A stretch of DNA of 64,000 nt, from NCBI RefSeq assembly GCF_009914755.1, contig NC_060941.1; one strand, 5' to 3'. Origin of the DNA: the human T2T-CHM13v2.0 reference genome, Homo sapiens. Below the pieces are notes generated by a model, which was given only the letters and a program-made list of their open reading frames with translations, was not told where the DNA came from and searched no databases. The position numbers were made by a program, and so were the translations under genes. Numbering within the stretch: position 1 is the first letter of the stretch; every line of letters begins with the position of its first letter. Shown here piece after piece: positions 1 to 19,759 of the stretch.

Positions 1-324
1 CTACTTTGGATTGGAAGGCTGCCTAATTAAACAAACAAAGAAAACCCCACAAAAATGGCTATCACTATATATATCATAGTCCAGACAACTGATGAGATTA
101 GAACTTGGGTTTCTTGAAGCAAGTAAACGCTGATTTATGTGGCCTATCTGGTAGGTATGTTGGTATTAAAATGGCTTTAAGAATAATGAATAAAGTCCTT
201 CATATCTAAAGAGGTACATAAAGCAAATACATAAAAACAAATACTGATTTGCAATTATAGTACTTCAAAGAGTAGTTAAAAGTTGAAACGGGCTTATTAG
301 ATTTAAAATAAGCTTTATGAAAAA

Positions 325-2595
<2,271 letters not shown>

Positions 2596-2916
2596 ATACA
2601 TTCATTTTCATCTGTTCACTTATTTTGGTCCTAAGAGGATGGTTTAAGATAACTTTAAGATAACTACCTGATGAAAAAACTGCCTTTCTATATAAGACAT
2701 CTTTACAAGGGATAACTATATATTCCTAAATATCCACACACCTATCCTTCCTATGAGTATTTCATGAAGACATAAAAATCACAAAAAATGAAATTAACAG
2801 CTTGGAAAAATGTCTCAGATCAAAATTAAATAAATAACTTTCAGTTTATTGAAAACAAGGGATAACGTTGTTTTTAAGCAATACAACACTGAAGACCCTT
2901 AAGATATTTATCTTAC

Positions 2917-3045
2917 CTTATATTTTTCATTTGCAAATAAAACTGAGGCTCTGTGAAATTTGCATAGAGGGTTCTTGGGATCAATGACAATGGCTTTGTT
3001 TAGGGTATCCAAAGCCTTCTCTGATTTTTTCAGTGCATGTTGAAC
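2917..3045 (-). CDS. CDC27: CDC27 exon 16 (VQHALKKSEKALD...NEKYK); later exons are outside the window
   Basis: ttacag|GTTCA...ATAAG|gtaaga; 129 nt; cumulative CDS is 2160 nt = 720 codons. Confidence 0.97.
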
Positions 3046-3606
3046 CTGTAAGAAATAAAGATCATGTTAATACTCCCTCTTGATATTTATGAAGAAAGGT
3101 GAGAACCAACGTGACTCAAAACCAACATAATCAAATTATTAGAGATAAGGTTGTAGGGTCTAACTGGATTGTCCACTGCATTAAGTGGATTTAGTAATTA
3201 ATTACCAAATGATTAATAGATTATCTCTAAAATCACTTCTAATTCTAGTTCAACTGCTTCACTAAAGATGAGAATACTGAAGTCTAGAGATCTTAAATAA
3301 TTTGCTCTGTGATAAAAATCTAGGTCCTCTGGTACATACCTATGATGATAATCAATAGTCTATCTTTAGAGCAGATATTTGGTTACCTTTAAGTCTAAAA
3401 GGCAAGCAAAACCTTGGTGTTCTATTCATAAAAAAGATCTGTACTATTTAGCCAGATAATATTCACATTTCATCAGGTTTATGCGGTCTTTCAAATATTA
3501 GACTTCTCAAAACTGTGTTAAAAACACTCCTGTTTACAAACCTTGTTTCACTCAGAACAATTATATTTTCAATATTTTAGGAATTTATTTGAAAAATGAT
3601 TTTACT

Positions 3607-3925
3607 GGCCAGGTGCGGTGACTCAGGCCTGTAATCTGAGCACGTTGGGAGGCCAAGGCAGGTGGATCACGAGGTCAGGAGATCGAGACCATCCTGGCTA
3701 ACACGGTGAAACCCCATCTCTACTAAAAATACAAAAAATTAGCCGGGCGTGGTGTCACACGCCTGTAGTCCGAGCTACTTGGGAGGCTGAGGCAGGAGAA
3801 TTGCTTGAACCTGGAGGCAGAGGTTGCAGTGAGCCAAGATCGCGCCACTGCACTCCAGCCTGGGCGACAGAGCGAGACTCCGTCTCAAAAAATAAAAATA
3901 AAAATAAAAAAAGAGAAAAAAAAGA
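3607..3925 (+). mobile_element. Alu (Sc/Y-like)
   Basis: Full dimer with A tail; flanking direct repeat gaaaaatgattttact. Confidence 0.92.
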
Positions 3926-4100
3926 AAAATGATTTTACTGTTTTACATAATTGAAAATCACTGATCTCTAATACTGGGAAGCAAATAACTTAAGATATTT
4001 TAAATAACTTAAAATTTAAAAGATTTAAAAAGTACCAAACCTCACTATTCATTCATATGTGTATACTAATATTCTGCTATGCTCCTCCTTGGACAAATTA

Positions 4101-4420
<320 letters not shown>

Positions 4421-5194
4421 TAAATTAAAAAAGTGGGGTGAATGAATGTATGAATGTGGCTGCAGAACTTTAACAAATATCATGGTCATAAGAATGTGAG
4501 AATAGGTAGTGCCAACGTCTGCTTGCTAAACTCATCTACGCAATGATCTAATGGTGGCCAAATATTCTGCCCACAGGACTGAGACCCTAAATACTAGTTC
4601 CCGAAAAGAGAAAAGCTTACTCTCTTACCTGACAATTTCTTCAAATAAACCACTCAAAAATTTAAAACAACCTGTTCTACAATAAGTTCAGAAGAATTCC
4701 TATTTTTAAAAAAGTGTTCAACTTCACCAAAAGGTGTCAAGAGATTTAATTTTGAATTGAATAAATAAGGTGATGACAACAAAAAATAATTTTAAGTAGA
4801 CACATTATCTCTCCATTTTTTCCGTAGTAGCTAACTATAAAAGAAGTTACTGTCAACTTTTTTTTCTTGCCCTGTCTTACAGTGCTGGACTATGTCCATT
4901 TTTAAGAAAATTATCATGGTCAATGTCATTATAGTCAATAGAGAATTAGAATTCTACTCTCCCCAAGATAGTGACATTTCAAACTAACAATTTCCTCACA
5001 TTGTATGACCATTCCCACAAAAGCTAAACTTGCTAGGGGGAAAAAAAGAGAGAAGCTGAGGGGAGGGAGAAGGGGAAAGGGATGAGAGGATGAGAACAAG
5101 AACTTAAGGTACCGTACTTACACAGAAGCTAATAAATGCGATTTTAAAAAGCAAACAAACATAATGTACATATCTTTTCTCCTGTTAAAGTAAA

Positions 5195-6324
<1,130 letters not shown>

Positions 6325-6612
6325 GAGATATCTTACTTGAGTCACAGAACAACCCTATGAGGTAAGCAAGTAGTACATGACATTCATAAAATAAAAGCTC
6401 AGAGCAATGAAGTGACTTGTGCAAGGGATAAGGGCAATTCTGTGATTTTTTTTTTATGCTAAGCCAAATGGGTAGTATTTTTGGGTGTAATAGGCTCCAG
6501 AATACTGTTTCAACACAAAAAAGGACCAATTTTTATCACAGCAATTAAATCAATAACAAACATATTTCAAAAGGGAGATTAATAGAGTATTAATGTTTAG
6601 AAAGCTACTTAC

Positions 6613-6730
6613 TACTCCAATGTGGCAAAGTAAAACTGAACTTTGAGGGTTGATATCAAGCGCTTTTTGGAAATGCATTTCTGCAAGGCTGAATTTTTCT
6701 TGCTTGTAATAAATCATTCCTAAACCATAC
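6613..6730 (-). CDS. CDC27: CDC27 exon 15 (YGLGMIYYKQEK...CHIGV), TPR
   Basis: tttcag|GTATG...GAGTA|gtaagt; 118 nt; matches ORF 6550..6747. Confidence 0.97.
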
Positions 6731-6924
6731 CTGAAAGTATAAAACAAAGTATAATTTTAAAAATATAAAGTTTAGGTTGCTAATTTAGTTCAATTAGTAA
6801 AAGAACAAGTATAGAATCTGGCATTTTAATAATCCAGTGGAATACTGGTGGTCTTAGAGGAGAGGCAAAAAATACCAGTTATGATAAAAATCATTAAAGC
6901 ATTTTATTTACTTATTTTTAAATA

Positions 6925-9255
<2,331 letters not shown>

Positions 9256-9741
9256 TCATATTCTAGATTTAACAGCTAATTTTTACTGAGTAGTTATTAC
9301 ATGTGTGCCAAGACCATTGCTAAATTATCTCATTTAATCCCTAGAGGAATCATAGGTACCATTATCATCCTTATTTCGAATAAGGAAACTGAAACTTAGA
9401 GAAGTTAAATAACTTGCTTAAAGTTATACAGCTAATAAAGATTCTAACCAGGTTCTTCCTTAATGATTCTAAAGGCTGAACTCCTAACAATGCTATTCCC
9501 ACATTTCTGTTTTATATTATTATAATTATAGCATACATAGTGTCATGTTTGGCTTCCTTGTCCCCCACTTACTGTTATCAAAAGCATGCTCCTATACTTA
9601 TAGACCTCAAAATTACAATTTCTAAAGGCTATGTAATAGTGTATTAGGTTAATATGCAGGTATTTCTCCTGAATTTTCAAAATGTCAAATGAATATAGTG
9701 TGGATGGTTTATATTACGGAGACTTCTCATGGCCATAACTA

Positions 9742-9783
<42 letters not shown>
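9742..9783. repeat. (GAT)14 microsatellite
   Basis: 42 nt perfect repeat. Confidence 0.97.
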
Positions 9784-9784
<1 letters not shown>

Positions 9785-10195
9785 GGGAATAAGCATCAAA
9801 TGAATAAGAAAAAAGCACAACATATCTGCTTTATTTGAGTGGCTTTATATATCATTATACTTGTGTTATAGATGAAGAAAAGGTATTAAACACTATGCTA
9901 ATGATAGTGAAAGTGAAAACAAAAGAAAGGCTATCTATTTTGTACTTAGAATAAAGTTGCTCAGTATTTAGTTACCTAAATACGTCAGCATTTAAACTCC
10001 TCCTAGTAAAAGCTTGCCAATCTGAATAATCCTCCTTTAAACACAATTTTTGATATGGTTAAGTTTTTTAAGAATGCAACTCCTGCAAAATAGCTGAACA
10101 GACAATACACATTTAAAAAAAAAAACAACACAAGGATCAACCAGACTTGGGAAAAAATCAAAAACAACACAAGTCTTATTAAGAACTGAGTTCCT

Positions 10196-10616
<421 letters not shown>

Positions 10617-11486
10617 TCAGGCAATGTAACTACTACTGCAAAATGAGACATAATCCATTAACAACATATTCACAAATCAAAAAATGTTTTAGTAATATAA
10701 TGCTTCAGATTTAGAAGCAAATAGAATGATACAACTCAACTGCTATAATAACCCCAAAGATAACCGTATCTGACAAAAAAACTACCACAGAGTTATGGCT
10801 TCAGAATTATACCTTATCTTGATATTTAAACTATTAAGTCAGTCCAGAAAAATACAATAAATGTCAACAGTAAGTATGGTGTTGAGGCAGAAATAGGACC
10901 AAACTTTTTCATATCTTATTCAGTTGATAACAATATGACCTAGGTAGTAATTTCCTATGTGTCTACTTATACACAAGTACAAAAAAGTAAAATAGAGATA
11001 CTGCTAAATAAAAGGGTACACTAAGTTCTTAATAGTAACTCAATAAACCAGAACACTGTCAAAAAGCAGCAACTAGTAAATTTTTTCAATTTTTTTTCCT
11101 ATTATCCAATAAGTGAATTATGCTATTCCTTTCCAATTTCCCAAGCACTTTTCATCCCAATCACCATTTCGGTGTTCGAAGAAAAAGCAACAAAGTAACA
11201 AAACTAAACAAACAAAAAACAACTACAGTATCTGCAAAAGTTTGGTAGAAGGCTGAAACTGTTGAGTATAAGGATCTGGTATTCTATTATCATTAGTTAA
11301 TTTAAGAGTTTGTTAAAGACGTACATTTCATAAGAAAACATTTTAGTTAGAAGTTATTGACCAGTATGTACCATCCCTAAGTATAAGTAACCAAATTCAT
11401 GATAATAAAGAGCTATCTAACAAGAAAAATTAGTAAGTACCAGCACCATCAATACGACTTTGTCTTTGTACTTCATTACCACTTAC

Positions 11487-11695
11487 CATGCATTATAATG
11501 TCTAGGATTGACTCTGATAGCATTTCGAAAACAAGCTAATGCTTTGTCCAATTCTTCAGTTAAGACAAACTCATGCCCTAATAGAGTATAGGCATAAGCG
11601 TAATTTGGATCAACTTGGATAGCTCTCTGGAAGAATTTAATTGCAATATCATGTTCCCGTTGCAGACTGAAACAGTTCCCTGCAGCACACCAGGC
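11487..11695 (-). CDS. CDC27: CDC27 exon 14 (AWCAAGNCFSLQREH...RHYNAW), TPR repeats
   Basis: tttaag|GCCTG...GCATG|gtaagt; 209 nt; matches ORF 11483..11797. Confidence 0.98.
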
Positions 11696-11812
11696 CTTAA
11701 AAAAATGGGAACAAAAACCAAACAGAATTAAAATTTTACTTTTTCTAAAACCAAATCTATGACTAAAATCAAGCCTCAACTTAGAACAGAAAGACAAAAA
11801 TGGAGGAGCTTC

Positions 11813-12619
11813 AGTAGATACTCAATTCTAATTATTCACAGATTCCATATTTGTGAATTTGTCTGATTGCTAAAATTTATTTGTAAAACCAAAATCAATA
11901 CTTGCAGTGCTTTCATAGTCATCAAAAGGTATGTTCTCATTTGAGGTTGAATAATGTGACTCTACCTTCTTGTTTTAGCTCTCATGCAGAGATGACCAGG
12001 GACAGAAACTCTGTGGGCTAGTTTAGTGTAGTGCAAGAAGCTTTGGCTCTGGGGACAGTTGGACAGAATTTGAATCCCACTGCTGGCACTTTTAAGTAGG
12101 ATGGCTTCAGGCAAGTCACCTCTGAACCTCATTCTCTCTCTTTTTTTTTTTTTGAGATCTGGTCTTGTTCTGTTGTCCGGGCTGGAGGGCAGTGGTGTGA
12201 TCTTGGCTCAATGCAACCTCCGCCACCTAGGCTCAAGTGATCCTCCTGTCTCAGCCTCCCGAGCAGCTGGGACCACAGATGCCAGCCACCATACCTGGCT
12301 AATTTTTGTATTTTTTGTGGAGAAGGGTTTTGCCATGTTGCCGAGGCTGGTCTTGGAACTCCTGAGCTCAAGGAATCCGCCTGCCTCAGCCTCCCGAAGT
12401 GCTGGGATTATAGGTGTGAGCCACCACACCCAGCAGCATTCTCTCTTTTGTAAAGAAAATAGGATCTACCAGGATGAGTTATTTTTAGGATTCAAGATTA
12501 TAATCCACAATCTATCTCTGTTTCAAACTCTCCATCACTCCCAGGAACATTGGTTCAGTAGCACTAATTCAGTGTTCATGTTGACTACAGAATTACCGCA
12601 AATAATGGGAGTTGACTGT
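11813..12619. mobile_element. MER44/Tigger7-like DNA transposon interrupted by an Alu (12140-12435)
   Basis: Termini cagtag...ttgactg and internal attccatatttgtgaattt resemble the recalled MER44 consensus. Confidence 0.6.
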
Positions 12620-13073
12620 GTTTAATTCTAAGCTTAGATATGTTACAAAAGTATCATTAAATATTTTTGAGATGCAATGAAATACAATCTTACAAGATTA
12701 GAGCATGTACATTAATTGCACCTATGTCTTACAATGACAATACTAATTTATTTTAATTTAAAATTATTAATTTTTTCAATCTATGTAACTTCTGCTCAAC
12801 GAACCCTAATCTTGGTGACAACAGCAAATTTAACGTAGTCAAATCTCGATAAATCCTGAATGAAATAGCTGCTTTGTGATTTTTCTATTTGTGAATCTGC
12901 ACCACACATTCTAGGACTTTCTCTTCCTCTCTGAGTCCCTGACTAGAGAGAGAGGAAAAAAAAGAAATAAGCGTGGGTGACACTAAATAGTGTTTGAATT
13001 GCTTGGTTCATCTCTATCTGTTGAGGGTGATCAAAAAGGTAACTATATAAGCAAAGTATTTTGGTTAACATAC

Positions 13074-13226
13074 CTCTGGCGAATTTTTATCCATGTCTGT
13101 TAAGTCTTTTGACAGAACTGAAAGAGCAACATCTTTTTGAAGATGCCAAAGTGTTGTAGAGTAGATCTCCATGCCTTCAACTCTATAATTCTCAATCCTT
13201 CTAACCTCTGAGAATATTCTTTCAGC
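13074..13226 (-). CDS. CDC27: CDC27 exon 13 (AERIFSEVRR...DKNSPE)
   Basis: tttcag|GCTGA...CAGAG|gtatgt; 153 nt. Confidence 0.97.
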
Positions 13227-13482
13227 CTGAAATAAAAAAAACTAGTAAGAGAAAACAAGTTGATACAATTTATATATATACACAGGGAAAGCCCTGGTCA
13301 TTATCTTCACAGGATCTAAATGCTGCCTTGTATTATGGTTTTTATGTGAATGAGTATTAACACAAGGACAAATTCAGCAATCTACTATGGCAGGTCAAAT
13401 AGTGATGTAACCATATTGACAGTCAACCTAGTATTTATATACAAGCCATGGTAAGAACATGAACTCTGAAAAGGAAATTTGA

Positions 13483-13901
<419 letters not shown>

Positions 13902-14614
13902 AGAATAACTCTTTTAGGAAAGATGATGGAAGAATGATTTCTGTAACATAAAATCTATTTTTGAACAATTTTTACCGAGAGGTTGTGCCAGAAAATTTAG
14001 AGGGAAGAAACAGGTTAAGCTGGCTATCAATCCTATGGTTATAAATCCTATTGAGCCCTGAATATACACACCAATATTGTGTCTGCTAGGAATCATAGGC
14101 CCTACCTATTAATTATCCTTTCCTTTGCAGCACTCTCTTGACTTCAGGGTCTCTCCTCAGCTGCCTCATCAATTTTTTTCCTCATCACATTCACAGCTCC
14201 CAGAACTGTGTTTCTCTCCCTCTAAAGTTTGAGGATTTAGGTTATATAAAATCAGTTTCCTAGTTTATCAATTTACCAAGTTCAAAATTCTCAGCTGCCA
14301 GAAAAGGTCTAGGTAATAAAAAAAAAAAGAAAGGAAAAGAAATTCTCACAGTTTAGTTTATAATAAGGAATATCTGGACTATTCTTAATGAAATGAGTAT
14401 GACAGAAAATAAGAGCATTTTAAAACTGAGTGCTTAATTCCAAGAAGTGGTCATATGATATATAGGAATAGCTTAACGATTTGTAACTTCCTTGCAATCT
14501 CTTAAAAGTTATAAAGGTAAGTGTGCAGCCTTGACCTGCAGGGCTCAAGTGATCCTTCCACTTCAGCCTCCCAAGTAGCTGGGACCACAGGTGAGTGCCA
14601 CCACACCCAGCTAA

Positions 14615-14803
<189 letters not shown>

Positions 14804-16187
14804 TAGGTACCTTTTGGTTTCAAAGTTTTCAGAATCTGTTGCTTCCTCTGAAAAATGATTATGGCATAGACAAAAAGAAAAATGGGAAAAAAACTCAGAA
14901 ATTAAGTTGAAACAGAGGCTTTCTTTAATTAAATATTTGGGTCACCACTATAACTAGGGGAAACAATAAAATTCATTTATGTTAAAGTAGCTGTGAAACA
15001 ATAAATTAGAAATAATTTTTTAAATGGCTTTTCCGAACACAGCTCTTGCCTGTCTGTGTATATGCTACATACCAGTAAAGGACCATAATCGAAACATGGG
15101 TTTTGTAGCAATGAATAAGACTTTCTGTCTTCAACTCTCTGTTCTGTACTATTCAAAATTAAATTATATGAATAGGTATCCTCTGTATGTATTCCCTGTG
15201 GGAAAGAACACCTTTCCCCTAGATCTTTGCATGGATCATGAAGGGAAGAGTAACCTTCCCTCTGAGTACATAAAAACAAAAACACCATACTTCATTGTCT
15301 CCCAGTTTCCTCACCATGCTTCATTTTTCTTCATGACTTATTGCTACCTGTTCTTATACATTTATTGGCTTATAATCTGTCTGTTGCTAGAATGTAAGCT
15401 CCACAGAGGCAAGAAATTGTCTGACTAGCTGTAATACAGAGTCTAGAAGAGAGTCCAGGATATCATATGCACAGAGATATATATTGAATAAATGAACTGA
15501 AAGCAAATTAAGCAAAAAACGAATCATATCAACTTTAATCCATATTAGAGATATTTTATTAATATATAGGTTTCTAAAAGGTTTCTTTTTTTAAGTTGGG
15601 GGTGGAGAAAATGCTTTGGGAAGAACTAAGGGGTAATATAAATTGGGAATTAGAATTTTCTTTGGCTTTAGGTTAATCATTCTCTCCTTTTCTGGTATAG
15701 ACAGATAACTTAAGCAACAAATTTAATTAAAATCCAAAGAGTAAAAAGCCTTGTAATAAAGACATTGTGTCCTCAATTCAGCACAATTTTCTTTATAGCA
15801 TTCTTCAAGTTTATAAAACATATTCGATGTCAAAAATTCACCCCAGTAATTAACTCTGTATATTGCAGAAAAATAAATAAATCCTATTACATGGTAAATA
15901 TAAATATGTATTTTCAGACACAACTGAATAGGACACACTCTACGTAAGAATGTCTGGATGACTTGGGTCTCTATAAACCTATTCCGAGAAGTTGCAAAGA
16001 ATTTAAATTACTCCTTAACACAAGAAAGAACTATATCTATAAATTATAAATACTGACAAAATAAATATATAGACATTACATAATAAATACTGATCTTTTA
16101 GATCTAGCCTTCTTAAGCATGGGCATTTATTTTAATGAAATTGAAATTATCTCTAGAAAGGCATATATAACCATTTTCTATACTTAC

Positions 16188-16360
16188 TTGCATGTACTCT
16201 GAAAGTTCAAAATAGGCCCTTCCAATTTGGCACAGTACCCAACCAGTATTGTAGTGGTGAGAAGGTAGATGGCTCAAAATATTTATAGCTTCTTTGCAGT
16301 TGTATGAACACAAAGCTAAATAACCTTTCCCCATTTCACGAAGAAGGCTCATCAAACCTT
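16188..16360 (-). CDS. CDC27: CDC27 exon 12 (EGLMSLLREMGKG...SEYMQ)
   Basis: tcctag|AAGGT...TGCAA|gtaagt; 173 nt; NAGNAG acceptor; matches ORF 16113..16400. Confidence 0.97.
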
Positions 16361-16563
16361 CTAGGAGAAAACAACATAGTAAACAAAGGAAAAAACGCAA
16401 TAAACTAGTCTGCTTCTCTAGAAAAGGTAATTACAAACTAATCTATTAAAAATTCCAACATCTATATAAAAAACAATGAAGGTACTGTAATGAACATAAA
16501 GAAATTTACTTAAAATAAGTACATAATAAAATACAAAGATAATATTAAGCATTTAAAACAGAC

Positions 16564-16771
16564 CTGCTGCTGCTTTTTGTAGATTAAAGGCCTGAATCTG
16601 AGGTGTGATTGTGGATATTTTCCCTTCTGAAATGATGGAAGAGTCCAATTTTGTAATTTCCAGGCTATCATTTATGTTAGGTTGAGTTATTCCTCCTTTA
16701 TTAGTTTTACTTTTTGTTTTTCTGTTTGGGATTTTAGGTGGAAACTTCATTTTTAATTTTTTGCTATTCTC
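16564..16771 (-). CDS. CDC27: CDC27 exon 11 (ENSKKLKMKFPPK...QKAAA)
   Basis: ttacag|GAGAA...AGCAG|gtctgt; 208 nt; matches ORF 16553..16867. Confidence 0.97.
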
Positions 16772-17069
16772 CTGTAAAAGGGAAGAAATTTCACACCTGT
16801 TATACTCATGTATTTTAGATTTCTCCTCAGCCCTTTCTCCAGTATTAGATATAAAATAAATGTACAATCTTGATTAATTCTATATTTTTTTCAGAAGAGA
16901 GTTTATAAAAACAAAGGTCTTCAAAGTCATTTAATTTTAAACACAGTAATTCTGAACATAAATTACATTAACTAATAGTGACTAAGGTGTGTCAGCATTA
17001 AGTGTAGCCCTCTTGTGAAAGTATATCAAACTCTCATTTATTATTTAAAAGTAAGAAAATAAGTAGATG

Positions 17070-17990
17070 TAATTCTCAGCTCACCGCAACCCAACCTCTG
17101 CCTCCCGGGTTCAAGCGATTCTCCTGCTTCAGCCTCCCGCGTAACTGAGATTACAGGCATGAGCCACCACGCCCGGTTAATTTTTATTTTGGAAGAGACT
17201 GGATTTCTCCACGTTGGTCAGGCTGGTCTCGAACTCCTGACCTTAGGTGATCTGCCTGCCTTGGCCTCCCAAAGTGCTGGGATTACAGGCATGAGCCACC
17301 GTGCCCGGCCTTTGTTTTGTTTTTGGGACAGGATCTTATTCTGTTGCCCGTGCTGGAGTGTAATGATGTAATCAGAGCTCACCACAGCCTTGACCTCCCC
17401 AGGCTCAAGTGATTCTCCCACCACAGCCTCCCAAGCAGCTGGGATCAAAGAGTACTACCATCCCAGCTAATTTTTTTTTTCAGAGATGGGGTCTTGCTAT
17501 GTTGACCAGGCTGGTCTCAAACTCCTAAGCTCAAGTGATCGGCCCACCTTGGCCTCCCAAAGTGCTAGGATTACAGGCGTGAGCCACTGCGTCCGCCGGG
17601 TCTCCAGTTTTTTTTAACTTTTATTTTCAAATAATTTTAGACTCACTCTTCTGCAAATGATAACATGTGACATAACCATAGTATATCATCATACCCAGGA
17701 AACTGAAATTAGTACAATATTATCAGCTAAAGACCTTACATGGATTTCATCAGTTTTTATATAAACCCGTGTGTGTGTATGTGTGTGCATAGTTCTATAA
17801 AATTTTATCACGTGAATGGATCTGTGTAATCAACCACCACAATCAGGATACAGGACTGTTGTACCACCACAATGCAATTCTTTTGTGCCATGATTTAATA
17901 GTAACATCCTCCCTAGAGGCCTAACTCCTAATAATCACTGATCTGTTGTCCATTCCTATAATTTTGCCATTTCAAGATTATTCCTATGTC
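17070..17990 (-). mobile_element. Two Alus followed by an old L1 3' fragment
   Basis: Alu motifs at 17070-17598; L1M-type 3' sequence after them. Confidence 0.75.
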
Positions 17991-18217
17991 ATTTTTAACT
18001 TGAGAAAAAAAATTTTTTAATTAAAAAAGAATATTATATAATATTTACCAAAGGACTAATTAACTTCACAAAAATCATAGATGGCCCTCTAAATTAAAAC
18101 ATTTTAAAATTCGAAATAGTCTCTTTGTTAACTTATTAGGAATGGAGTCATCAATGAACAGAAATGTTAGCAGGCGAAGCATTAAGTAAATGTGACATAC
18201 AGAAATCTTTAAATTAC

Positions 18218-18317
18218 CTTGGTTGTGGAGCTGTCACTAGTAAAGAGTCGTGAACTTCTTCGAGGCAGTGCGTTTGGGGGAGATGTAATAGTGGGGCTCA
18301 ATACCTGAGGTGTTGTA
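18218..18317 (-). CDS. CDC27: CDC27 exon 10 (TTPQVLSPTITSPP...SSTTK)
   Basis: ttttag|TACAA...CCAAG|gtaatt; 100 nt. Confidence 0.97.
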
Positions 18318-18493
18318 CTAAAAAAAATTATAAAGGAAGACATTAATATTTTACTTGATTTATGACCATTAACCATTGTTTCAATTTGGGTATATTTTAA
18401 AAATATACATTAATTATATAAGTACTCTAAAGTTGATGAATTTGATCAGTTCTTTTCGTGGTTTCTCTATGAAAACACAGTATTTAAAAATGA

Positions 18494-18615
18494 GGGACTC
18501 GGACTGGCTTTCCTGCTTCTCAGCTTGCAGATGGCCTCTTGTGGGACTTCACCTTGTGATCATAAGTCAATAATCCTTAATAAACTTTCCTTCATATAAA
18601 AAAATAAAAATAAAA
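18494..18615 (+). mobile_element. MLT2A-like (ERVL) LTR 3' fragment ending in an A tail
   Basis: cagcttgcagatggcct..gtgggacttcaccttgtgatc..ccttaataaact matches recalled MLT2A; an A-rich tail follows. Confidence 0.7.
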
Positions 18616-19759
18616 TGACTCGTTACTACAAAATAGTAAAGATTATAGCATAGATCTTCACTCTCTCTGAAATTCTTAATTTGAACTAAAAATAATCCTC
18701 ATAAAACTCTGGATCGACAAATGATATGCACATCTATAAATCAATTATTTTTACCCTTCATTTGCAACTACAACAAGTTAGAGAAAAAAGAAAAGACAGT
18801 TGGGCAAAGATAGTCTAAATGTGGGGTATTTGTTAACAAGTAAATACCACTAGAACTACTAATATTTGAGAAGTTATTTCCCTGTAAATTCAAACAGCTA
18901 TATCAAAGGCTTATTCTCTTTAGAGCGAAAGGAGCCTCTGTACATTTTTACTTTAAAGGCAAACCCTGAGATATGAGAATTTCAATCTTAGCAAGCAAAC
19001 TTAAAATCTGAAACAATCTAGAATTGACAGTGGGTAAACTTGTGGACTAAACTATCTAAACTTTATAATTTATGGGAAATCCTACTAGCTACCTGAGTCT
19101 GGGTCAAAGAATTTCAGAAAATAAAAAGATATATATTTTCATCTTTTACGATATGTACATATGTAATATGTACAGATACCTCTGTATATGCATGTGTGTG
19201 TATATCACACACACACACACACACACACATAAATCCTTTTAATCTGCATCTGATAAACTAGGAGTTTGATAACGAAAGGCTTCCAAAGTTCAGAATTAGA
19301 CTTCACTTCATATGGAGCAAATGACACACAACCTTTCTTGGATGATTTAGCTAAAAGTACTATGCCATTCTAATCATCTCTAAAAAAACTTTCTAAATAG
19401 AAAGAACAGACTTCCGCTAGTCATGACAGAGTAAAATGGAATAAATTTATTCTCCCATTTCAGATAACTACAAACTGAACCAAATATATGGAACAATGGT
19501 TTTCAGACACTGGACAATAGGCAAAACATTTCCGAGGACAGTTCTAGGGCCACCTTGCAGGAAAAAAGAATGCAAAATAGAGCTCAGTGGTCCCACTGTG
19601 TTGAAAAGAAAATGTTGAGAATTTGAGAAAGCCAAAGCAGCCAGAATTTGCAAGGCAGAGCACCAGAGAGAAGAGAGCTACAAAGAGGAGACCTACAAAG
19701 ATCTGCAGAGGGCTTCCCTAGAGTCTTCAGTTGAAAATTGATCAGTGTAGGTGTTTGAG

